Assembly: GCF_004010195.1 (NCBI RefSeq)
Contig: NC_057753.1
Location: 11,948,330 to 12,004,170, forward strand
DNA length: 55,841 nucleotides
Direction: 5' to 3'
From: Chiloscyllium plagiosum
Lineage: Eukaryota
Shown here: piece by piece, positions 47,640 through 55,841 of the stretch
Position numbering within the stretch: the stretch's first letter is position 1
Layout of the letters: the number at the start of each line of letters is the position of its first letter
Made by a program: the position numbers and the translations under genes
The notes under the pieces: generated by a model
What the model saw: only the letters and a program-made list of their open reading frames with translations
Databases searched by the model: none
What the model was told of the DNA's origin: nothing

Positions 47640-48500
47640 CCTGAGCCAGGGTTGCCTCAGATATTTCCAGAGAAGGAGGACGCAGCACCCCCATCTTGCA
47701 AGCTGCAAACCAGGGAAGCTGCCAACCCGGAAACGGGCTTGCAGTCACGTGACCACCACACCCGGGGGTCGACTGCACCGCCACGCGCCGCCGGCTGATT
47801 GACGGCGGCCCCCAGCCAATGGGGAGGGGGCGGCCCGATGACAGGCAGGCAGGGTCCCGCCAACCAGAGCGCGGCACGGGGGCGGGGGGGGCGGGGCTTG
47901 CGCCACCAAAGTGCCCGGATGCGGCCGTTCCACCCGCAGAGTCACCGACCGTGAAGCCCAGACAAAAGCCCGAGCGGTCGCTGCCCTCAGGAACAGCGGA
48001 CGGGTGGCGTGCGATTCCGAGAACGAGGCCTTTACCACGCCGGGTGTTTATAAAGCCCTCCTTACTTCACCCGATGGCCTGGACCCGTCCTTCCGCGTCC
48101 GACGGAACGACTCGATCGCAGCGCGACGTCCGGAGCGAGCGTTTCGAGTCGGATCGGGTCCCGGCCGTGCGCATGCTCCTCGCCGCGGAGCCCCGGGTGG
48201 GGTGGGGGGGGGAGGAGGAGGAGGGTGATGGACGGCGCGTCTCGGCCAGTAAGGAGGGCCGAGGGGGCGGGGCTGGCGACGCGCCGGCCAATCGGCACGA
48301 GCGGGGCCGGCGGACCGGGCGGAGCCGCCCAACCAATCGGAGTCAAAGGGACGGGCGGAGCCGGATCGAACCAATCGGAATGAAAGGATGGGCGGGGCTG
48401 GAGGACCGAGCGGGGTGCTGGTCCTCCCAAGCGCTGGGTGGGAGTGGATGGGCGGGGCTGGAGGACCTGGCGAGCGGCTGGTCCTCCAAGCAAATGGAAT
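47640..48500 (-). promoter_or_regulatory. CpG-island promoter region of ZNF-C with two candidate first exons
   Basis: CCAATCGG at about 48288, 48333 and 48371; GC boxes; TGCGCATGC near 48168; donor GAA|GTAAGG at 48065; GTCACGTGAC 47744-47753; CCAAT 47816; donor CAG|GTCAGG at 47640. Confidence 0.75.
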
Positions 48501-48868
48501 GAGCGCAGCAAACAAAAGCTGAAATTGACTCAGGAGAAACAGGAAGAAAACATTTCGTTTTGATCCTGCTGCAAGAACTCACGGCACGCTTTTTGGGGGG
48601 GGGGGTGCAAAAAAAAGGTGGCATTTTATTTATGCTGGATCAAAGTGGTTCGATTTGACTTGCATTGTCGCATTTAATCGGATTTATGATTGTCACACAC
48701 GTCCCTGGGTGCAGTGGAAAGTTTTGTTTTGCATGCAGCACAGGCAGGGTGACTGAGGGGAGGGGAGGGGGCGAGGAATACAAAGCTACGAGCTGCAGAG
48801 AAAGTGCACAAAAAGCAAGTTCGACGTGAGATTCGGGAGGTCCATTCAGCTGTTCAATGACAGGTAAG

Positions 48869-49437
48869 TGTTAGAAACGAAAATCGCTTCTCAATAATCG
48901 CTCTAGACAAATTCAGGAAAACAAAGTTTTATTAACAAGTCAAGTCTGCAGAGTCGGGCACCCTTAAAGAAAAGGCGCGCTGAGGCTTACAAAGTCTCCA
49001 TTATTTATAGGACAAGTCCCTCCTCTCCTTGGCTCCAACAAGCCATGAGGTTCACATTCTTAAAAACATCATTATTTTTATCACAAAGTCTGCAACAAAA
49101 GGCTCCAGAGTCTCCAAAGTTTGTTGTTTTTCTCACCCTGTAGTCTTATCAGTCAAAAGCTTTAATCTTGAAACAGATGTCTCAAGTCGTACTCCCATCC
49201 TGGAGTCTTATCAGCGAAGGACTCATCCTTCTCTGCTGTGTGAATGGCTTCATTAATCAAGAGCCTGCTTGCTTTTACTATAGCTCACAAATTGTCAGCA
49301 TTCTGCACAATTTAAACTACTCTACTTTTGAGTATATAAAATGGTTGTTAGAAAAGAAACAAAGGTTTTGTCTTTTATTATAGATCAGTCTGTGGTCCAG
49401 GCACATCTTAAAGTTTAAACCGAAATTACCTCTTACA
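48869..49437 (-). mobile_element. Solo LTR (ERV- or Gypsy-type), 569 bp
   Basis: TG...CA ends (TGTTAGA/TCTTACA), 4-bp TSD TAAG at 48865-48868 and 49438-49441; minus-strand TATAAA near 49005 upstream of AATAAA near 48930. Confidence 0.8.
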
Positions 49438-49579
49438 TAAGCGTGCAGCCAGCAGTAAAGAAAGGCAAATGGTATGTTCACTATCCTACCTCCTTGCGAC
49501 TCCACTTTCAAGGAGCTATGAACCCGCACTCCAGGGTCTCTTTGTTCAGCAGCACTCCCCCCGGGACCTTAACCATTAA

Positions 49580-50480
49580 GTGTTGGCCCTCATTGCGAGA
49601 GGTTTTGAGTACTGGAGCAGGGATGTGTTGTTGCAGCTCTGCAAGGGCCCCGGCGAGGCCACGTCTACAGTACTGTGTGCAGTTTTGGTCTCCTTTTCTG
49701 AGGAAGGATGCTGTTGCTCTCTAGGGAGTGCAGCGAAGGTTTGCCAGGTGTTGGCGGTTCTGATGCATGTGGAGAGATTGACGAGGTTAGGATCGTTTTT
49801 TGCAGGAGTTCAGATGAGCAAGGAGGGATCTGATAGTGACTTATAAAATTCTCACAGGACCACACAGGGTAGATGCCGGGAGGATGTTCCCTCTGGTGGG
49901 CAATTGAGTTGGGTGATTAGCCGTGATCGTGATGAATGAAATCTTGGATTATTGTGTACAATTCAGATGTCCCTCCTATAGGAAGGATGCTGTGAAAGTT
50001 GAAAGAGTTCAGAAAAAATTTACAAGTATTTGCCAGAGTTGGAGGATTTGAACTACAGGGAGAGGCTGAATCGACTGGGGCTGTTTTCCCTGGAACGTTG
50101 GAGGCTGAGGGGTGACCTTATAGAGGTTGATAAAATCATGACGGTCATGGATTCGGTAAATAGACAAGGCGTTTTCCCTGGGGTGGGTAAGTCCAGAACG
50201 AGGGGGCATAGGTTTAAGGTGAGAGGGGAAAGATTTAAAAGGGACCTAAGGGGCAACTTTTTTCACGCAGAGGGTGTTGCATGTATGGAATGAGCTGCCG
50301 AAGGAAGTCTTGGAGAGTGGTAAAATTACAACATTTGAAAAGCATCTGGATCAGTATATGAATAGGAAAGGTTGAGAGGAATATGGACCAAGTGTTGGCA
50401 AATGGGACTGGATTAGGTTAGAATATCTGGTTGGCATGGATGAGTTTGAACAAAGAAGGGTCTGTTTCCATGCTGTATGC
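49580..50480 (+). mobile_element. CR1 LINE 3' fragments
   Basis: LQYCVQFWSP and RLNRLGLFSLERWRLRGDLIEV peptides. Confidence 0.85.
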
Positions 50481-51612
50481 TTCCTCCCATCCAGTATCCT
50501 GCAAAGAACTCTTAATTCCTCAATCTCTGTCACGTCTGCCTGGATGAGGAGACATTCCACTCCCAAGCATCCCAGGTGTCCACCTATTTTGAACAACATG
50601 CTTTTCCCCCTCTGTCATCCAGGACAACACTCCACCGCACCTCCTCCATTCCCTGCTCCACTGCTCTAAATCCCCCGCCCCCCCCGCCAAATGCAATAAA
50701 GACAGGATCCCCCTTGTTCTCACTTACCACCCCACCAGTCTCTGCATTCAACTTAACATCCTTAAACACTTCTGCCAACTCTAATTAGACCCCACCCACC
50801 AAGAACATCTTCCCCTCTTTACCCTTCTCTGCCTTCCGCAAGGACCGCCTTCTTCGCCAATCCTTGTTTGGCACCACTCTCCCCTCCAGTACCCTGTAAA
50901 AGATGCAAAACCTGGCAGCAACCACCCCCCCCTCACCTCCATTCAGAGCCCCAATACAGTCCTTCCAGGTGACACAGAGGTCCACCTGCATCTCCTCCAA
51001 TAGAGTTTGCTGTATCCAGTGCTTCTGATGTGGTCTTCTCTGTATTGGCGAGACCAAGTATAAATTCAGGGCATCTCAGCCAGGCCCGCAGGGGCCGACC
51101 TGACCTCCCAGTCACTGCCTATTTCAATTCCCCCTTCCCACTCCCTTTCCCAACATGACCATCCTTGGCCTCCTCCATTGCCACTGCAAATCAGACCGCA
51201 AATTGGAGGAGGAACAACACCTCATCTTCTGCCTGGGCAGTCTACAGCCTGGAGGATTCAACATTGAGTCCTGCACTTTCAAAAAATCCTCCCTTTCCAT
51301 CCCCTGGCTCCCTTTCCAACCCCTTCCTCTCCCTTCCATTCCTCTGATCGACCCTTCCTTCCAGCTACCAACCGGATAGATCGCTCTCATCGACCGATCA
51401 GGCCTTACCCTCTACTTGTGTTTGCCTATCCCGACCTCACCGTTCTGCCCCTCCCCCCCACCCAAATCTCTCTCTCACTTCCCTCCTCCCCACCCCCCAC
51501 TTTATCTGGAGCTCCCCAACCCCTAGTCCTGAAGAAGGGTTACACCCAAAACATTGACTTCTCCACCTCCTGATGCTGCCTGGCTTGCTCTGTTCTTCCA
51601 GCCTCCTGCTTG
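50480..51612 (+). mobile_element. Penelope-like element 3' half (GIY-YIG endonuclease remnant) with a decayed hammerhead
   Basis: FQVTQRSTCISSN..CIQC..CGLLCIGETK and RKLEEEQHLIFCLGSLQPGGFNIE; CTGAAGAAGGGTTACACCCAAAAC near 51529. Confidence 0.85.
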
Positions 51613-52426
51613 CCTACCTTCCATGAATAGCAGAGCAGGCTCGAAGGGCCGAATGGCCTCTTCATGCTCCTGTCTTCTACGTTTCTGTGCCAGGGAAGGA
51701 GAGATGTTGATCAGTTATACTGGGGGCTATGCGTAGGCAAAAATGTGTTGCAAAAAACCCCAGGTGGGGTGGGTAATAGACAAGGAACAAAGTGATCATG
51801 TTCTAAAATAGTTAAACTCAATGCTGGGTCCTGAAGATGATGAGGCACCAAACAGAAGATGAGATTCATCTCAGCCTGGCCTCCCCTGTCAACAGCATAA
51901 TTACCACCTCTTCCTTGCCGCTAACAATTCGAGTCATAGAGATGTATAGCACAGACCCTTCAGTCCAACTCGTCCATGCTGACCAGATATTCGAACCTAA
52001 TCTGGTCCCATTTGCTACAACAGTTCTGAAGAAGGATCACAAAACGTTAACTCTGTTTCTCAGTGTCCAGACGCCGCAGTGTTTCTGCAGAAATCTTTGT
52101 TTTATGGTGGCATTTAACAAAGTTTATAAAGTGAAGGTTTGTGTCTGTGACTGCCACAGTATCATCGATTGTCGTAAAATCCTAAAATATGCAACAAAGT
52201 TTTCTTTAAAAAGTGTTGGAAAACTCAGCAGGCGTGGATGGCACGGTGGCTCAGGGGTTAGCACTGCTGCCTAACAACGCCAGGGACTCTGGTTCGATTC
52301 CACCCTCAGGCAGCAGTGTACATACGTTCTCCCCTCGTGTCTGAATGAATTGAATTTATTGTCACGTGTACCAAGACGCAATGAAAAGCTTTGTCGTGCG
52401 AGCAATACAGGCGGATCACAGAGTTA

Positions 52427-52720
52427 AGATTACTTTACTTTACAGTGTGGAAACAGGCCCTTCGGCCCAACAAGTCCACACCGACCAAACCACCCATATC
52501 CCTACATTTACCCCTTACCTAACACTATGGGCAATTTAGCGTGGCCAATTCACCTGACCTGCACATCTTTGGACTGTGGGAGGAAACCGGAGCACCCGGA
52601 GGAAACCCACGCAGACACGGGGAGAATGTGCAAACTCCACACAGTCAGTCGCCTGAGGTGGGAATTGAACCCGGGTCTCTGGCGCTGTGAGGCAGCAGTG
52701 CTAACCACTATGCCACCCAC
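52427..52720 (-). mobile_element. HE1 V-SINE
   Basis: V core, B box and tail. Confidence 0.88.
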
Positions 52721-52724
52721 GAAG

Positions 52725-53245
52725 TAGCATACATAGTAAATAATAGGTAAACAGAGGCAAAAACAAAAACACTGGGACAGGCAAATGTTAAGAGTTTGTG
52801 AGTCCTTTCAGTATTTTAACAACAGTCAGGTAGAAACTGTTACAAAACTGGCTGGTGCGTGTGTTCAGGCTTCTGTACCTTCTCCCCGATGGTAGAGGTT
52901 GTCGAAAAACATTGCCAGAGTGGAATAGATCCTTGAGAATGCTGGTGGCCTTTCCTTGACAGCGGGGCCTGGTAGGTGGATTCCATAGATGGGAGGTTGG
53001 GCCTTTGTGATTGTCTGGGCCGAGTTCACCACTCTCTGTAACCGTCTCCGATCTTGAATGGTACAGTTGCCATACCAGGTAGTGATACATCGAGACAAGA
53101 TGCTCTCAATGGCGCACCTGTAAAGATTGCCAAATTTCCTCAGCTGTCTGAGGAAGAAGAGACATTGTTGGGCCTTTGTAACCAGTGCGTGCACATGAAG
53201 AGTCCAAGAAAGCTTGTTGTGGATGACCAGTCCCAGGAGCTTGAC
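52725..53245 (-). mobile_element. Rex1/Babar-like LINE 3' fragment
   Basis: KAQQCLFFLRQLRKFG, YRCAIESILSRCITTWYGNC, LPSGRRYRSLNTRTS. Confidence 0.85.
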
Positions 53246-54379
53246 ACTGGGTTGGTCTGCATGGGTTTCCTCTGGGCAGTCCCGTCTCCTCTCACAGATG
53301 TGCAGGTCAGGGTGGATTGGCCATGCTAAATTGCCCCGTAGTGTCCAGGGATGTACAGGCTAGGTGGGTTAGCCATGGGGAAACGCAGGGTTACAGGGAT
53401 CGGGTAGGGTGTTGGGTCTGGATGGGATGCTCTTTGGAGGGTCGGTGTGGACTCGATGGGCTGAAAGGGCCGCTCCCACCCTGGAGCGACACCACGGACT
53501 GTCTGGAGAAAGAAGATAATTTAATGTTTCGTGCCTGGTATGACTCTTCTGCACCACCAGTGTTGCCGAAATGTGACTCCAGACCCACAGCAACGTGGGT
53601 CATTTTGCAACGCCTTCTGGAACGGTCCTGATAACTAAACGGTCTGAGTGGCAATTGGGGCTGGGCAACAAATGCTGGCCTTGCCAGGATGCCCACATCC
53701 CAAGATAGAATAACGAAACCAAAATCAGAATCAGGAGTCCAAGTCACTGGAGGGGGGGAGCGGAAGTAGACTCATCCCCAGCAAAATGCAAGCATTGTGA
53801 TCACCTGTAAACTTGCTGGTTTGTGAGCAGATTGGATTAACTGAGCAATTTATTTCCTACCCTTGGAGCAGATGAATAGCCTCTCCCCAGTGTTCAGACA
53901 GATTAAGTGAACACTTCTCAAACTGGACTCCTAGAGCGGGACAGCACAGACCCTTCAGTCCAACTCATCCATGGCCGATCAGATATCTTTGATGAATCTA
54001 GTCCCATTTGCCAGCACTTGGCCCAAATCCCTCTAAACCCTTCCTGTTTGTATACCCATCCAGATGTTGTAATTGTACCAGCCTCCACCACAACTCTATG
54101 ATTTGAATGCCACCTGCTGTGAAGTGACTTTTGAATTCAACAAAAAAAAATCCAGAGGTAAAAGCACGCCTACTAGCATGCATGTCACCACTTTTAATTA
54201 ATATAAAAACCCCTCGCGGTTTCCTTTGAAGGCCAGGAACTTATCGTTGTTAGCTGATCATGTCATTCAGATCCACGGCAGCGAAGTTGATCCTCTTCTT
54301 TTTTTTTTAAACACCAAAACGAAGTTTATGACAGGGTGAATTCCACACGTCGAAAATATACTCGGAGGGAAGTGGCAGT

Positions 54380-54959
54380 GTAAGGACAACAATCTGCCCA
54401 TCGACGTCAGCAAAGTGAAGGAGCTGGTCAATCATTTCAGGAAGTGGATTGGCAGACACGCCCCCGGCCTAGTGGTGATGGGTCGACAGCGTCAAGTCCC
54501 TGGGGGTAACGAACACCTACCATCTATCCTGGTCCACCCATGTCGATGTGACGATCAAGAAAGCACAACAATGTCTCTATTTCCTCAAGAGGCTAAGGAT
54601 ATTCAGCATGACCACAGCGACTCTGACCAATTTTTATAGATGCACCATATAGAGCATTCTATCTGGATGTATCACAGTGTGGTTCGGCAACTGCTGTTCC
54701 CAAGACCATAAGAAACTAGAGAGTTGTTAATGCAGCCCAGTCCGTCATGCACACCAACCTTACGTCTATTGACTCCATCTATATTTTCCGCTGCCTCAGG
54801 AAAACAACCAACATAATCAAAGACCCGGTTGTACTCCCTTTCACCCTCTTCTGTCGGGCAGAAGATATAAACGTTTGAATACACGTACTGGCAGTTTCAA
54901 GAACAGCTTCTTCCCCGCTGTTATCAGATTTTTGAACGGACCTCTCAAATGTTCATTCT

Positions 54960-55004
<45 letters not shown>

Positions 55005-55085
55005 CTGTGTCCTGCTCCCTTGATGCACTTTGTATGGTATGGTTGCCCTGGGTAGCAGGCACATCACACTTTGCACTGTATCTAC
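54380..55085 (+). mobile_element. Rex1/Babar-like LINE 3' fragment with a (CT)n microsatellite at 54962-55000
   Basis: KKAQQCLYFLKRLR..TNFYRCTI-SILSGCITVWFGN and FKNSFFPAVIR homology. Confidence 0.8.
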
Positions 55086-55094
55086 TGCATATAG

Positions 55095-55510
55095 CAGAAT
55101 ATTGCCAGGAACAGAGATTTCCTGTTCTAAAGAGAGGCTGGATAGGCGGGGACCTTTTTTTTTCCCACTAGAGCATAGGAGGTTGAGAGGTGACATTATA
55201 GAGATTGATAAAATCATAAGGTGAATGACAGGCATGTTTTTCTTAGGGTGGGGGATCGCAACAGTGGGGGACATTTTTAAGGTGAGGGGAGAGGCACGAG
55301 GGGCAATTTTCTTTACGCAGAGGGTGGTTTGCATGTGGAGTGAACTTCAAGAGGAAGTGGTGGATGCAGGTATAGTTACAACATTTAAAAGAATTGAGAT
55401 AGGTACATGAATAAGGAATGTTTAGAAGGATATGGGGCAAGCACAGGCGGTCAGGTATTCAGCAAGAATTGATTGGACTGAAGGGTCTGTTTCCATGCCA
55501 TATGACTCTC
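55095..55510 (+). mobile_element. CR1 LINE 3' fragment
   Basis: LEHRRLRGDIIEIDKII and FFTQRVVCMWSEL. Confidence 0.85.
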
Positions 55511-55841
55511 CGAACCTATCTCGGTACACGTGACATCAACAAATCCAGCAATCAATAAAGAAACAAAAGTACTCAGTTTGTCATTAGCTCTGAATTTTCT
55601 GTTCAATGTTATGTTACAAGTCTCACCGAAAACACTTGCAAGTGGGTGCAATGTCTAATGCCAGGTAAGACAATGACAAATGCACACCAAATCCAACAAA
55701 CTCTCGAAATTTATACAGTTTGAATCCCCATATTTTTTCTTATTTCATTGTTTGCCCCCATCCTCCGCTTACGTCATTCATTTCCTTAAGACTGATCCCA
55801 CAACTTCTGTTTATCCGGCCTTGTCCGTGACAAATGCCTAT

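Overview
Vertebrate nuclear DNA, almost certainly from an elasmobranch (shark or ray), inferred from abundant HE1-type V-SINEs and CR1/HER1-type LINEs. The window is a repeat-dense tandem C2H2 zinc-finger gene cluster. Three intact ZNF ORFs all begin MEKPWKC (283-897 -, 5440-6651 +, 45089-45679 -). There is one SINE-disrupted ZNF pseudogene (~17.9-19.3 kb), two small ZNF relics (~33.1-33.6 and ~34.7-35.0 kb) and four CpG-island-like promoters (~3.9-4.8, ~16.0-16.3, ~26.1-26.5, ~47.6-48.5 kb). The rest is mostly CR1 LINEs, HE1 SINEs, Rex/Babar and Tx1 LINE fragments, solo LTRs, a Mutator-like transposon and a MITE. About ten Penelope-like (PLE) fragments from at least four families carry minimal hammerhead-ribozyme motifs, including short TSD-flanked, fold-back and tandem forms. 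The most interesting items are the hammerhead-bearing mini-elements; an effector-less ZNF family with an invariant first finger and a conserved decayed leader; a CCAAT/GC-box/hairpin repeat unit shared by two promoters; a branch-point minisatellite; and a candidate two-exon antisense 136-aa ORF with a mitochondrial-presequence-like N-terminus. One assembly gap lies at 8478-8808. TE boundaries are approximate and were read by eye.
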